DNA from: an uncultured Oscillospiraceae bacterium | GTDB lineage: Bacteria; Bacillota; Clostridia; Christensenellales; CAG-314 | Reading direction: 5' to 3' | Assembly (NCBI GenBank): GCA_964521735.1 | Contig: CAZFTO010000002.1 | Span: 56,710-120,709 of the forward strand | Length of the DNA: 64,000 nucleotides | In this document: positions 1 to 10,064 of the stretch, one piece after another | Numbering within the stretch: position 1 is the stretch's first letter | Layout: the number at the start of each line of letters is the position of its first letter | Translations under genes and position numbers: made by a program | The notes under the pieces: model-generated | Database searches by the model: none | The model's input: only the letters and a program-made list of their open reading frames with translations | Told to the model about the DNA's origin: nothing

Positions 1-1
1 C

Positions 2-313
2 GTCAAGGGCAACTACGAAACCTTCGTGTACGCAGAGACTACAACCGGTTCCGTCAAAGTGGATTGCACTTCAAAAAAAGTGTACGTCGTAACAACAACC
101 GGTTCCGTCAATTTTGCAACGGATGCGCAACTTATTGCAATAGAGGTTAAAACGGGCTCCGTAAAGGGGACGGTGCGTGGCAATCAAGCAGACTATGCAA
201 TTAGCATAATCAAAAACACAGGTTCGTGCAACCTGCAAGAAAAAGATGGCAACGGACGTTGGTTGAGCGTAAAATCGGATACCGGCTCGATAAAAATCAA
301 TTTCGAAAAATAA
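2..313 (+). CDS. C-terminal fragment of a beta-strand repeat protein (DUF4097/adhesin-like); 5' end outside window
   Basis: The frame is open from the window edge to TAA 311-313. It carries repeated TTTGSV / KTGSV / NTGSC / DTGSI units about every 20 aa. Confidence 0.55.
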   Translation, partial: VKGNYETFVYAETTTGSVKVDCTSKKVYVVTTTGSVNFATDAQLIAIEVKTGSVKGTVRGNQADYAISIIKNTGSCNLQEKDGNGRWLSVKSDTGSIKINFEK

Positions 314-325
314 GGGGTGAACAAA

Positions 326-874
326 ATGACCATTTTGGACTATGTCTATCTGATACTTTTGGCAGTGGCATTCTTTTTGGGTTTGATAAAAGGCTTTTTG
401 AAATTTGCCTTTGCTTTAGTTGGCGTGGTAGTCGTTTCCATTGGGGCCAGTTATCTTTCTCCCTACGTGGATGGTTGGTTCACGTCGATTATCGCATCGG
501 ACGGCACTCGCGCAATTGTTGCAATGGTTGCAACTTTTTTGGTGCTTTCCATCATCTATGGGTTCATCACCAAGCTCATTTCTAAACTTATCAACAAAAT
601 TTCCATTCTTGGCTGGATAAATCGCTTACTTGGCGCCGCAACGGGCGTTGCAATTGTATATTTGGTGTTTGCATTGATAACTTCATTGGTGTTCAACAGC
701 GCCGACGAAGGCATGCTGGCAAACCTTGCATCTCTCATCAAGGAACCTTTTTCCGAAAGTTGGGTTATCACCAACATCTACGGCGGTGCACAAAACCCCG
801 AAAAGAACTTTTTCGGCAGATGGCTCATCGAAAACTTCCTTGAAAAAATCAACCAAATAGTACCCGCAGCATAA
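326..874 (+). CDS. CvpA family membrane protein
   Basis: Four hydrophobic segments with a CvpA-like N-terminus (ILDYVYLILLAVAFFLGLIKGF). AAGGGG lies 8 nt upstream of ATG 326, which I prefer over GTG 317. Confidence 0.75.
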   Translation: MTILDYVYLILLAVAFFLGLIKGFLKFAFALVGVVVVSIGASYLSPYVDGWFTSIIASDGTRAIVAMVATFLVLSIIYGFITKLISKLINKISILGWINRLLGAATGVAIVYLVFALITSLVFNSADEGMLANLASLIKEPFSESWVITNIYGGAQNPEKNFFGRWLIENFLEKINQIVPAA

Positions 875-1089
875 ATTTAGGCTCGTTATATCCACAAGGC
901 GCTTTTGTATTTTGTTGAAAGAAATATGACAAAAAAACAATAAAAATTTCATCCGGAAAGCGTCAACCGTTTGTTCTTTGAACAATGCGGCACTGGTTTT
1001 GCGTTGCGCTTTCCGTTTGATAATGGAAGGCGCATTTTTTGTGCTTTCTTATGGGTTCGGCGCCGCTCAACGCGCGGCAAAATTATTTT

Positions 1090-2808
1090 ATGAAACAACT
1101 ACTAAAATTCATCAAGCCTCACGTCAGGCAAATATTATTGCTTATGTTACTATACGCCTTGGCTGCCGTGTGCGCATTGTTTATGCCCTACGTCATGTCC
1201 GACATGGTGGAAAACGGCGTAAAAAACGCCGACTTAAACTACATATACGCCAAAGGCGGGCTTATGGTTGGTTTGGCACTGGCGGCACTAGCTTGCGCGC
1301 TTGCAACCAACTTCGTTTCCTCAAAGTTTTCGTCACAACTTGCAGTCAATATGCGCAAACAGGTGTTCAACAAGGTTAACACTCTAACTTTCGAACAGTT
1401 TTCTAATCTTGGCACGGGCAGTTTGATAACCCGCACAACCGAAGACATCGGTTGGATGGAAGAAACAATTTCACAAATCCCCTACGTCATGATCACTTGC
1501 CCCATAATGTTTATCGGCGGCATAGTGCTATCATTCAAAGGCGATTGGGTTTTGCCACTAATTTTGCTAGGCACGTCGGTTATTGTTTTGATTGTGGCCT
1601 GCGTCATAACTGGCAAGATGGAACAATATTGGCAACGCGGCGACGAACTTGCCGACGTCCAAAACCGCATGGTGCGCGAACGTCTTTCCGGCATACGTGT
1701 TATTCGCGCTTTCGATAAGGATGCGCACGAACATGATCGCACGGCGAAAGCCACAAGTGAAATGTGCAACAGTTTTGTTCGAGCAAACACCATCAGCGGC
1801 ATCGTTAGCCCCGTTTCCTCGTTGCTTTTGAACGTTGCAACGGTGGTCATAATCTATGTTGGCGCATTGCGCTTGCCCACAAGCAACACATTGGTGGCGG
1901 TGGACGTTTTGGCCACCATTCAGTACGTTGCGCTTATTGCCAACGCAGTGCTAACCCTTTCCTGGACAATTTCTTTCGTTCCGCACGTAAAAGTAAGCAT
2001 GCGCCGTATTTGTGCCGTTATGGATTTGCCAACGGACGAGGCAAACACCTCCACCGGTGCCGTGCTGAGTGGCGACGTCAATTTTCAAGACGTAAGTTTT
2101 GCCTATCCCAACGCATCGGAAAACGCCATAAGCAACCTGAACTTTTCCGCCAAGGATGGCGAAATTATTGGCGTTATCGGCGGCACGGGTAGCGGCAAAA
2201 GCACGTTGGTAAAGTTGCTGCTGGGTTTCTATTCCGCTAGCGGCATTCGCCAAATGGGTGGCGCAAACTATAACGAAACTTCTGCCGCAACCATTCGTGA
2301 TAACGTTTCCGTTGCGTTGCAAAAAAGCATGATTTTCGAGGGCAGCATTGCCGAAAACGTCAAAATGGGCAACAAGGATGCTACCGACGAACAAGTTTGG
2401 GAAGCACTTAGCATTGCTCAAATGGAAGATTTTGTGCGTAGCAAGCAAGAAGGGCTAGACTTCCACCTGTCGCAATCGGGAAGCAACCTTTCCGGCGGGC
2501 AAAAACAACGCATAAACATTGCGCGAACGATAATAAAACCCGCCTCCGTCTATATTTTCGACGACAGTTTTTCGGCGCTGGACTACTTGACGGAAGCCAA
2601 CTTGCGCAAACGCCTTAACAAATATTTGCAAGGAAAAACGCAAGTGGTGGTAACGCAACGTGCTGCAACGGCTATGCGATGCGACAAAGTTTACGTTTTG
2701 GAAGGCGGCAAGGTGGTGGGTTGTGGCACACACGAAAGATTGCTACAAACGTGCGAAACCTATCGCGAAATTTTCCAAAGTCAGTTGGGAGGTGGTTTGC
2801 ATGAGTAA
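1090..2808 (+). CDS. ABC exporter, fused permease/ATPase, subunit with degenerate catalytic site (heterodimer partner A)
   Basis: Six-TM domain followed by an NBD. Walker A is GGTGSGKST and the signature is LSGGQKQR. Walker B is YIFDDS, with the catalytic Glu replaced, as in heterodimeric type-I exporters. I chose the start at MKQLLKFIKP. The stop overlaps the next start (ATGAGTAA). Confidence 0.9.
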   Translation: MKQLLKFIKPHVRQILLLMLLYALAAVCALFMPYVMSDMVENGVKNADLNYIYAKGGLMVGLALAALACALATNFVSSKFSSQLAVNMRKQVFNKVNTLTFEQFSNLGTGSLITRTTEDIGWMEETISQIPYVMITCPIMFIGGIVLSFKGDWVLPLILLGTSVIVLIVACVITGKMEQYWQRGDELADVQNRMVRERLSGIRVIRAFDKDAHEHDRTAKATSEMCNSFVRANTISGIVSPVSSLLLNVATVVIIYVGALRLPTSNTLVAVDVLATIQYVALIANAVLTLSWTISFVPHVKVSMRRICAVMDLPTDEANTSTGAVLSGDVNFQDVSFAYPNASENAISNLNFSAKDGEIIGVIGGTGSGKSTLVKLLLGFYSASGIRQMGGANYNETSAATIRDNVSVALQKSMIFEGSIAENVKMGNKDATDEQVWEALSIAQMEDFVRSKQEGLDFHLSQSGSNLSGGQKQRINIARTIIKPASVYIFDDSFSALDYLTEANLRKRLNKYLQGKTQVVVTQRAATAMRCDKVYVLEGGKVVGCGTHERLLQTCETYREIFQSQLGGGLHE

Positions 2809-4585
2809 GAAAGTTGCAAAAACTACCAAAACCAATTCTTCGTGGAAAACGGCTTGCCGTTTGGTAAAAGACCTAAAACCCATTGCGTGGGCAATTTTAA
2901 TTGCTGCGGTTATTTGCGGATGTTCCGTCTATTTGGCTGTTTTGGCGCCTAAAATAGTCAACCAAATGACGGATATAATCTACAATTTCGGTGCATACGG
3001 CACGCCCATCAACTTTTCTCTTATGGCGTCGCTTGCCGTAAATTTAGCCTTGGCCTACGTCGGTTCGTCGGCGCTTTCCATCGCCATGCAAATTTTGATG
3101 ACCAACGTTTCTTCCCGATTCTACACAAAAGGATTGCGCATTCGCATAAGCGACAAGTTGCAGCGCTTGCCCGTAAGTTTTGTGGATAGCACGCCGCACG
3201 GCGAATTGCTTTCGCGCATGATGAACGACGTAAGCAACATGTCCAACACGGTGTACGTTATCATTGGCACAATTTTGGATGGTTTTTTGCGCATATTTGG
3301 TGTTGTCTACACCCTTTATTGTGTCAACTGGATTTTGGCCACCGTCGTTGTTGCGCTGGTACCCCTTTCCATTGCGCTTTCCGGATTTATCTCTTCCAAA
3401 AGCGAAAAAAGCTGGCACGGCTTCCGCAAGGTTAACGGCAAACTCTATGCCTTCATCGAAGAAGACTACACCGGGTTTGATACCGTCAAGGCATTCAATT
3501 TGGAAGATCGTCAGCGTGGCATTTGTCAAGAAATTTCCGACGACTATCAACAAAAGGTGCGCCGTGCCCACTATCTTTCTGGCTTGGTGCAACCCATAAT
3601 TGCATTCACAAACAACGTTGCCTACGTTGCAGTGTGCATTGTTGGTGGAATTTTGGCCACCAACAAAGCTGTGAGCATTGGCGATATTATGGAAGTTATT
3701 TTGCTTGCAAAAATGTTTGCAGGCCCGCTGGAAAGCATTGCTAGCGGCATGGGTTCCATTCAGCATACACTTGCTTGTGCAAACCGTGTGTATGCCTTGC
3801 TCGATCGCGAAGAAATGTCTCCGGCACTTACCGACGACCAGCCGCAAGGCCCGGGCAACATAACTTTTGAACACGTCTATTTTTCCTACGACAAAGATAA
3901 ACCTCTTATAACCGACCTCAACTTGAGCGTTAAGGCGGGGCAAAAGGTGGCTATTGTTGGCCCAACGGGCGGTGGCAAAACAACCATTGTCAATCTGCTT
4001 ATGCGCTTTTTCGACGTGGATAGCGGCAGAATCACCGTGGACGGCGTGGATACGGCCACGATGGATAGGGCCAAGTTGCGTCAACAATTTGGTATGGTGT
4101 TGCAGGATACGTGGCTGTTCAACGGCACGGTGTTTCAAAACATTGCATACGGCAAGGAAAACGCCACAATGGAAGAAGTTGTGCAAGCCGCAAAACGTGC
4201 GCATGCCGATGGATTTATTCGCCAACTACCGCAGGGCTACGATACGGTTATCAACGAAGAAAGCACCAACATAAGCGGCGGACAAAAACAATTGCTCACC
4301 ATTGCTCGAAGCTATTTGGCTAATCGCAAGATGCTCATTTTGGACGAAGCAACTTCCAACGTGGATACCCGCACGGAATTGCTCATTCAAAAGGCTATGG
4401 ATGAACTGCTTCAAGGCCGCACAAGCTTTGTTATTGCGCACCGACTCTCCACAATAGTCAACGCCGACGTCATTTTGGTGATAGATAACGGCAACGTGGT
4501 GGAACAGGGCACGCACACTCAGCTTATGCAGAAAAACGGGTTCTATCGCAAAATTTACGACAGCCAGTACGAATTGCTTAAATAG
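2801..4585 (+). CDS. ABC exporter, fused permease/ATPase, consensus-site subunit (heterodimer partner B)
   Basis: Walker A GPTGGGKTT, signature ISGGQKQ, Walker B LILDEATS, H-loop IAHRL. ATG 2801 overlaps the upstream stop by 8 nt. Confidence 0.9.
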   Translation: MSKKVAKTTKTNSSWKTACRLVKDLKPIAWAILIAAVICGCSVYLAVLAPKIVNQMTDIIYNFGAYGTPINFSLMASLAVNLALAYVGSSALSIAMQILMTNVSSRFYTKGLRIRISDKLQRLPVSFVDSTPHGELLSRMMNDVSNMSNTVYVIIGTILDGFLRIFGVVYTLYCVNWILATVVVALVPLSIALSGFISSKSEKSWHGFRKVNGKLYAFIEEDYTGFDTVKAFNLEDRQRGICQEISDDYQQKVRRAHYLSGLVQPIIAFTNNVAYVAVCIVGGILATNKAVSIGDIMEVILLAKMFAGPLESIASGMGSIQHTLACANRVYALLDREEMSPALTDDQPQGPGNITFEHVYFSYDKDKPLITDLNLSVKAGQKVAIVGPTGGGKTTIVNLLMRFFDVDSGRITVDGVDTATMDRAKLRQQFGMVLQDTWLFNGTVFQNIAYGKENATMEEVVQAAKRAHADGFIRQLPQGYDTVINEESTNISGGQKQLLTIARSYLANRKMLILDEATSNVDTRTELLIQKAMDELLQGRTSFVIAHRLSTIVNADVILVIDNGNVVEQGTHTQLMQKNGFYRKIYDSQYELLK

Positions 4586-4617
4586 CGTTTTGCACGGCAA
4601 AAACAATTTCACAACTA

Positions 4618-4647
4618 GCCGCCCTGTGCATAGCAGGGCGGTTTTTT
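4618..4647 (+). terminator. Rho-independent terminator after the ABC exporter pair
   Basis: GCCGCCCTG ... CAGGGCGG stem followed by TTTTTT. Confidence 0.8.
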
Positions 4648-4889
4648 ACGTTGAGGCGCGTACCGTTTTTGCACGGAAAGAACGTTTTTCGCGCGGTGAA
4701 ACGCGCAATTGCAGAGCTTATGTGTTTGTTTGGCTGCCGAACGGCTTGTAAAAAAGGGAAACGTGTGTTGTGGTACTTCACTTGTTGCATGCATGGCTTC
4801 AAACAAAATTGAGAGTTTTTTGCGCAAATGGAGGATTACTTACCAATTTTTTGCTATACTTTTCAAATAAACGATTTTGTGGGGACAAT

Positions 4890-5141
4890 ATGCTTATAAA
4901 AATAGGAAACCACGAGTTCACCGAAGTGTGGGACGGCGTGCTTCCCATGAAAGTGAAAGACGAAGTTGTGCTAAAAGACTGGGTGCACAAAATAATTATC
5001 CCGGCAAAACTAAAAGAAATGCTCAATCCGTTTATCCCTTGCGAATTGCAAAACAAGGTTATCTATGTGGAAAACAATTGCAAAAACATTTGGGATTGGT
5101 CGGAAAAAGTGTATGGCTTTATAGAAAACTCAGATAATTAA
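4890..5141 (+). CDS. Small hypothetical protein (83 aa)
   Basis: ATG lies after a GGGG-containing SD-like stretch and the ORF is followed by a strong hairpin. I recognised no family. Confidence 0.45.
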   Translation: MLIKIGNHEFTEVWDGVLPMKVKDEVVLKDWVHKIIIPAKLKEMLNPFIPCELQNKVIYVENNCKNIWDWSEKVYGFIENSDN

Positions 5142-5164
5142 AAGTATTTTTTCTTGCAAAAAAA

Positions 5165-5186
5165 ACGAGCGTGGTAACACGCTCGT
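5165..5186. terminator. Bidirectional terminator between convergent genes
   Basis: ACGAGCGTG-GTAA-CACGCTCGT perfect 9-bp stem, flanked by an A-run upstream and a T-run downstream. Confidence 0.8.
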
Positions 5187-5193
5187 TAATTTT

Positions 5194-5820
5194 TTATTTT
5201 TGAGTCTTTGTCCAGTCGGAAAAAGCGCAGCCGCAGTAGTGTTGGCGGTACAGTTGGTATTTTTGCGAAAGCCGTATGCTTTCGTTGTAGCCGCCGCGTT
5301 TTTTGAAGTCGCTGTTAAGCCACGCAACGCTTTCCGTTGCAAGGTTTGCGCCCACTTGGTTTAGCAGTGCGCTGTTTTTATATGGCGAAACGGTTAGCGT
5401 TGTTCCAAACAAATCAAAGCCGTTGTTTTTGGCAAAGTTTGCCGTGTCGCCAAGGCGCAGTTCAAAGCATTTTTCGCAACGCAAGCCGCCTTCCGGTTGA
5501 TCTTCCAAGCCCTTTGCTGCTTCAAAAAATTTTGCGCTTTCGAAGGGGGCCACAATCAATTTAAGCGGAAATTTCGGTTGCACCTCAAACTGTCCGTCGC
5601 TCACAATTTTCACAAGCTTTTGCACTTCGTCCAATCGTTTTTGCCATTCCTCGGGGTTGGTTATGTTGTCGTTGCTATAAAACAGCGTCACGTCAAAACA
5701 ATCTAGCACGCGCGTCAGACAATAGGTGGCGCAGGGCGCACAGCAAACGTGCAACAGCAGTTTTTTTTCGGCGCATCTGTTTTTTTGTTGTTCAAAAAGC
5801 AAATCGAAATTGACGTTCAT
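5194..5820 (-). CDS. queH: Epoxyqueuosine reductase QueH (DUF208)
   Basis: N-terminal LLLHVCCAPCATY, C-terminal YRQHYCGC and a size of about 208 aa all match the QueH family signature. The start lies 1 nt after the upstream stop. Confidence 0.8.
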   Translation of the reverse strand: MNVNFDLLFEQQKNRCAEKKLLLHVCCAPCATYCLTRVLDCFDVTLFYSNDNITNPEEWQKRLDEVQKLVKIVSDGQFEVQPKFPLKLIVAPFESAKFFEAAKGLEDQPEGGLRCEKCFELRLGDTANFAKNNGFDLFGTTLTVSPYKNSALLNQVGANLATESVAWLNSDFKKRGGYNESIRLSQKYQLYRQHYCGCAFSDWTKTQK

Positions 5821-5821
5821 G

Positions 5822-6424
5822 CTATTCCTTCACGCGAACGCGCAGTGGCACGCCCAATTTTTCGGCCAGTTTGCGGCAGGCTTCCACGTCTTTTTCGCCG
5901 ATGCTATCCACAACGGAAAAAACAACGTTGCCGCCCTTTTCTTGGCATAATTTTGCAAAATTCAGCATTTCCGCAAAGGCTTTAGTTCCAAAAATGCTTT
6001 TGCAATGTTGTTGGTATTTTTCGGCGTTACATTCATTCAGCGAAACGTTTATCACGTCGCAACTTGTGGCAATAACGTCCGAAACGTCCCGCTTGTGAAT
6101 AAGGTTTGCTTGGCCGTTGGTGTTTATGCGAGTGGTTTTGTCCACGCAGTGCAGGTAGCTTGCCACTTCGTCCAGCGTATCTAAGTTGTAGGTGGGTTCG
6201 CCAAATCCGCAAAAAACAATTTCTTGGTCGAAGTCGTCCAAATTTTGAGGCAATTGTTCAATAACGTCCTCGGCGGTGGGCTCTTCCTTTATCCAAAGTG
6301 TTTGACCGCTCATGCCGTCACGGCCTTGGCGTATGCAAAAATCGCACGCGTTGCTGCAACGGTTGGTAAGGTTTATGTATATTTTGTTTCCGATAGTGTA
6401 AACGTAGTTGTCTTTGAAGTTCAT
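5822..6424 (-). CDS. Radical SAM protein, TatD-associated type
   Basis: CSNACDFC (CxxxCxxC) cluster motif near the N-terminus, about 200 aa, immediately downstream of a TatD hydrolase gene. This matches the described TatD-family-associated radical SAM family. Confidence 0.8.
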   Translation of the reverse strand: MNFKDNYVYTIGNKIYINLTNRCSNACDFCIRQGRDGMSGQTLWIKEEPTAEDVIEQLPQNLDDFDQEIVFCGFGEPTYNLDTLDEVASYLHCVDKTTRINTNGQANLIHKRDVSDVIATSCDVINVSLNECNAEKYQQHCKSIFGTKAFAEMLNFAKLCQEKGGNVVFSVVDSIGEKDVEACRKLAEKLGVPLRVRVKE

Positions 6425-6430
6425 TTTTTG

Positions 6431-7213
6431 TTATTTTTGTAGATATTTTTCAATTTTGGGGAAAAATCGCAACGTGTTTTGACGCACGGCGTTTTCCGTT
6501 TCTTGTGCGGAAATGCCTTTCAGTTCGGCAATTTTGGCAAGCACAAGTGCAACGTTTTTGGGCTCGTTTGCTGTTCCGCGCAACGGCACGGGCGCCATAT
6601 AGGGGCTATCCGTTTCCGAAAGAATTCTATCCAGCGGCACAGCGTGCAGCACGTCGCCTTTGTTGGCGTTTTTGAAGGTTATTGCACCACCAAAAGCAAA
6701 GTAGTGTCCTTCTTTTGCCATTTGACGAGCAAATTCCGCACTGCCGCTGTAGCAGTGCCACAACACGCCGTTGTTAAGAAATTTTTTCTGTGCACGCAAA
6801 ACGTCCCACGCATCGCCGTAGGCATCACGCACGTGAAGCGTAACGGGCAAATGCAGCTTGTCGGCAATTTCCAACTGATGCGCAAACACGTCGCGCTGAA
6901 CGTTGCGTTCGGAAAGATCGTAGTAGTAGTCCAAGCCAATTTCGCCCACGGCAACCACTTTGGGGTGCGCCGCAAACGCTATCATTTGCTTTTCAAAATT
7001 GTCGTCAAAAAATTTTGCGGTGTGCGGGTGCATGCCTACCGTGGCAAAAATTTTGTCGTGTTGCGTGGCCAGTTCCACGCCTTTTTGCATGGACTTCAAG
7101 TCACAACTGTTGTTAATAACAAAATCTAGGCCGTCTTTTTGCAGATTGTCGATAATTTTATTGCGCAACCCGTCAAACTTTTCATCGTCTAGGTGCAAGT
7201 GGCTGTCAATCAT
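6431..7213 (-). CDS. tatD: TatD family metal-dependent hydrolase/DNase
   Basis: MIDSHLHLD start, internal GEIGLDYY and a C-terminal ETDSPY motif. The start abuts the metG stop. Confidence 0.9.
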   Translation of the reverse strand: MIDSHLHLDDEKFDGLRNKIIDNLQKDGLDFVINNSCDLKSMQKGVELATQHDKIFATVGMHPHTAKFFDDNFEKQMIAFAAHPKVVAVGEIGLDYYYDLSERNVQRDVFAHQLEIADKLHLPVTLHVRDAYGDAWDVLRAQKKFLNNGVLWHCYSGSAEFARQMAKEGHYFAFGGAITFKNANKGDVLHAVPLDRILSETDSPYMAPVPLRGTANEPKNVALVLAKIAELKGISAQETENAVRQNTLRFFPKIEKYLQK

Positions 7214-9130
7214 CTAGCGCACTTCCTTGCCGCTTGCAACGGGCGCTTCCGGTGTTACAAAAACAACGCTTTTGCCGTCGGCAGCACACAAAATCATGCC
7301 GTTGCTTTCGATGCCGCGAATTTTTGCCGGCTTTAGGTTTTTCACCAAAACAACGGTTTTTCCCACCATGTATTCGGGGGCATAGTTTTGCGCAATGCCA
7401 GAAACAACTTGTCTTGTTTCGTTGCCTACTTCCAGTTTAAGCAGCAAAAGTTTGTCGCTGTTATCCACCTTGGAACATTCCAAAACCTTTGCCGTGCAGA
7501 ATTTCACTTTGGCAAAATCGGTAATATCTATGCGTTCTTCTTCAACTTTGGGCTTTTCGTTTTGTTGTTTGTTGCTTATTTCTTCTAGCTCTTTCAATTC
7601 CTTGGCAACGTCAATGCGGTTAAACAGGTTTTCGCCCTTAGTAACAACGGTGTTTTGGGGGATGTTGCCAAATGTCAAGCCTTGGAAATCGGCAGGCACT
7701 TGCAAGCCTAGTTTTTGGAAAATTCTTGTGGAAGTTTCCGGGATGAAGGGCAACAAAAGGGTTGCGGCAAACTTAATGCATTCACACAACACGTACATAA
7801 CCGTTGCCAAACGTTCCTTGTCGCCGTTTTTGTTCAACGTCCAGGGAGTGGTTTCGTCAATATACTTGTTGGCACGTTGAATAATTTTGAAAATATCCGC
7901 TAAGGCGTCGGGTGCGGAAAGAGCATCCATATCTTTGCGAACCTTTTCCAAAGTGCCACAGCACAATGCAACAAGTTCTTCGTCTAGTTCGGTGTATTGG
8001 TTGGGGGTGGGGATGGTTCCGCCAAAATATTGCGTTACCATCGCCGTGGTGCGCGAAACAAGGTTGCCCAAGTCGTTTACCAAATCGGCATTGGTGCGAG
8101 CAAGCAACGCTTCGTTGGTGTAGCTGCCGTCGCTTCCGAAGGGAATTTCTCTTAGCAGGTAGTAGCGGATGGCGTCCACGCCGTAGCGGTTGCACAAAAA
8201 GAAGGGATCCACAATGTTGCCCTTAGATTTGCTCATTTTGTCGTTATCAAACAGCAACCAGCCGTGTCCGTAAACTTTTTTGGGCAGGGGTAAATCCAAC
8301 GCCATCAAAAGTGCGGGCCAAATAATGGTGTGGAAACGAACAATTTCCTTGCCAACCATGTGCAAATCGGCCGGCCAAAACTTGTCGAAGTTGGAGTGAT
8401 CTTCCTGCAAATATCCAAGCGCGGTAATGTAGTTGGTAAGCGCATCCACCCAAACGTATGCAACGTGTTTTGGGTCGAAGGGCAATTTCACGCCCCAATC
8501 GAACGTCGTGCGTGAAACACACAAATCTTTTAGCCCGGGTTTGATAAAGTTGTTTATCATCTCGTTCATGCGTGATTTTGGCGAGATAAATTCCGGATTT
8601 TGGTTGTAGAATTCAATAAGCTTATCCTGGTATGCCGAAAGGCGGAAGAAGTAGCTTTCTTCCTTTTCTAGCTTCACTTCGCGGCCGCAATCGGGACATT
8701 TGCCGTCTACAAGTTGGCTTTCCGTCCAAAACGATTCGCAAGGCGTACAGTACCAACCTTCGTATGAAGACTTATACAAATCGCCTTTTTCTAGCAACTT
8801 TTCGTAAACCTTTTGCACGGTTTTTTCGTGATAGTCGTCGGTGGTGCGAATAAACTTGTCGTAGGAAATGTTCAGCGTTTTCCACAAACGAGTTATTTGA
8901 TCGTATAGTTTATCCACAAATTGTTTGGGCGTTACGCCTGCGTTTTGCGCACGTTGTTGCACTTTTTGGCCGTGTTCGTCAGTGCCGGTAAGATAAAACA
9001 CGTCAAAACCGTCCATGCGCTTGAAACGTGCAATGGCATCGCAAATAACGGTTGTGTAGCAGTGTCCCAAGTGAAAACTGCCGCTGGAATAGTAGATGGG
9101 GGTTGTGATGTAGTAGGGTTTTTTGCTCAT
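7214..9130 (-). CDS. metG: Methionine--tRNA ligase with C-terminal tRNA-binding domain
   Basis: HLGHCYTT (HIGH-type) and KMSKSKGN motifs, CPxC zinc knuckles, and a C-terminal Trbp111/EMAP-like domain. ATG 9130 is preceded by AAGAGGTG. Confidence 0.95.
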   Translation of the reverse strand: MSKKPYYITTPIYYSSGSFHLGHCYTTVICDAIARFKRMDGFDVFYLTGTDEHGQKVQQRAQNAGVTPKQFVDKLYDQITRLWKTLNISYDKFIRTTDDYHEKTVQKVYEKLLEKGDLYKSSYEGWYCTPCESFWTESQLVDGKCPDCGREVKLEKEESYFFRLSAYQDKLIEFYNQNPEFISPKSRMNEMINNFIKPGLKDLCVSRTTFDWGVKLPFDPKHVAYVWVDALTNYITALGYLQEDHSNFDKFWPADLHMVGKEIVRFHTIIWPALLMALDLPLPKKVYGHGWLLFDNDKMSKSKGNIVDPFFLCNRYGVDAIRYYLLREIPFGSDGSYTNEALLARTNADLVNDLGNLVSRTTAMVTQYFGGTIPTPNQYTELDEELVALCCGTLEKVRKDMDALSAPDALADIFKIIQRANKYIDETTPWTLNKNGDKERLATVMYVLCECIKFAATLLLPFIPETSTRIFQKLGLQVPADFQGLTFGNIPQNTVVTKGENLFNRIDVAKELKELEEISNKQQNEKPKVEEERIDITDFAKVKFCTAKVLECSKVDNSDKLLLLKLEVGNETRQVVSGIAQNYAPEYMVGKTVVLVKNLKPAKIRGIESNGMILCAADGKSVVFVTPEAPVASGKEVR

Positions 9131-9192
9131 GATGCACCTCTTTTGTTGCGACAAGACAAATGTGCCACGCGCAACTATAAATAATAAGATAT

Positions 9193-9221
9193 ATTATACA
9201 CAAAGATGTTTTTTTTGTAAA
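9193..9221 (-). promoter_or_regulatory. Candidate sigma-A promoter of the metG operon
   Basis: On the minus strand: TTTACA, 17 nt, then TGTGTATAAT (extended -10). It sits about 60 nt upstream of the metG ATG. Confidence 0.5.
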
Positions 9222-9452
9222 CAGTTTATGTTGCTCGTTGCAGACCAAAATGGCAGGACAAGGTGGAATAAAAGCATCACAAAGTGTCGTTCAACTGCGG
9301 CAGTTGCCAAACATGAACTTGCTTGTTTTGTTTTGCAACGTTCTCGTTGCGTTTTGAAAACGCTTGCGCGTTCTTGCGTGGCAACAATATTTGTTTTTTG
9401 TGTCTTGAAGCGCTTGGTGATATTTTTTTCTTTTTTCAACTAAAATAGCAAC

Positions 9453-10064
9453 ATGAACATTGTGTGGACGGTAATAACCGCACTTTCCATTGCCGTGCTT
9501 GCCATAACAAACCCTCAAAGCGTGCTTTCTGTTTGTGTGGATAGCGGAGGGCAAGCATTAAAAACAGCATTGGAATTGTGCGGCGTGTATTGCTTGTGGA
9601 TGGGTATTTTCAACGTTGCAGAGGAGTGCCGTTTGGTGGAAAAACTTGCAAAAAAGTTGCGGCCGCTAAACAGGCTTTTATACGGCAATTTGCCCCAAGA
9701 AGCTTCGCAACAAATTTCGCTAAACTTTGCATCCAACTTGCTGGGCGTGGGCAACGCAGCAACACCCTCTGCCGTGCAGGCGCTAAAACTCACGGAACAA
9801 GGCGAAAAACTTTCCTTTGCTGGCACTATGCTTTTTGTGGTGAACGCAAGTAGCGTGCAGCTTGTTCCAACCACCGTCATAGGGCTGCGCGCTGCACTGG
9901 GTTCTGCCAATGCCGCCGACGTTGTGTTGCCTAATTTTGTTGCAACTTTGGTAACTGCCGTGGTGGGCGTTGCGTTGGTTTTCGTCTTTTGTGGCAAAAG
10001 CGCAAAACGAGTTTCCGCAGGCAGTCGTTTAAACGTGAAAATGGCGCTAGGTGCAAAAAAATGA
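9453..10064 (+). CDS. spmA: Spore maturation protein A (nucleoside-recognition-domain membrane protein)
   Basis: SpmA-like sequence (LELCGVYCLWMGIFNVAEE, ASNLLGVGNAATP). It is paired with spmB through an ATGA overlap. Confidence 0.8.
   Translation: MNIVWTVITALSIAVLAITNPQSVLSVCVDSGGQALKTALELCGVYCLWMGIFNVAEECRLVEKLAKKLRPLNRLLYGNLPQEASQQISLNFASNLLGVGNAATPSAVQALKLTEQGEKLSFAGTMLFVVNASSVQLVPTTVIGLRAALGSANAADVVLPNFVATLVTAVVGVALVFVFCGKSAKRVSAGSRLNVKMALGAKK

Noticed and set aside
1039-1089. Longest-ORF N-terminal extensions in the track. Examples start at 1039, 2660, 9154, 14915, 19979, 22282, 26153, 26833, 34579, 37907, 40603, 43100, 44146, 46197, 48947, 53746, 55879, 56588, 60625 and 61317.
   Set aside because: In each case a downstream ATG has a proper SD and/or overlaps the upstream stop, and it yields the family-typical N-terminus. 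The extensions overlap upstream genes or run through promoters and terminators.
3044-4225. 393-aa minus-strand ORF antisense to the ABC exporter subunit B. Similar cases are at 54184-55152 (322 aa), 62794-63837 (347 aa, + strand, opposite the P-type ATPase), 23821-24507, 14250-14891, 6479-7129 and 31552-32232.
   Set aside because: The same codon-bias artefact applies. In every case the opposite strand carries a gene with clear family motifs, while the antisense product has none.
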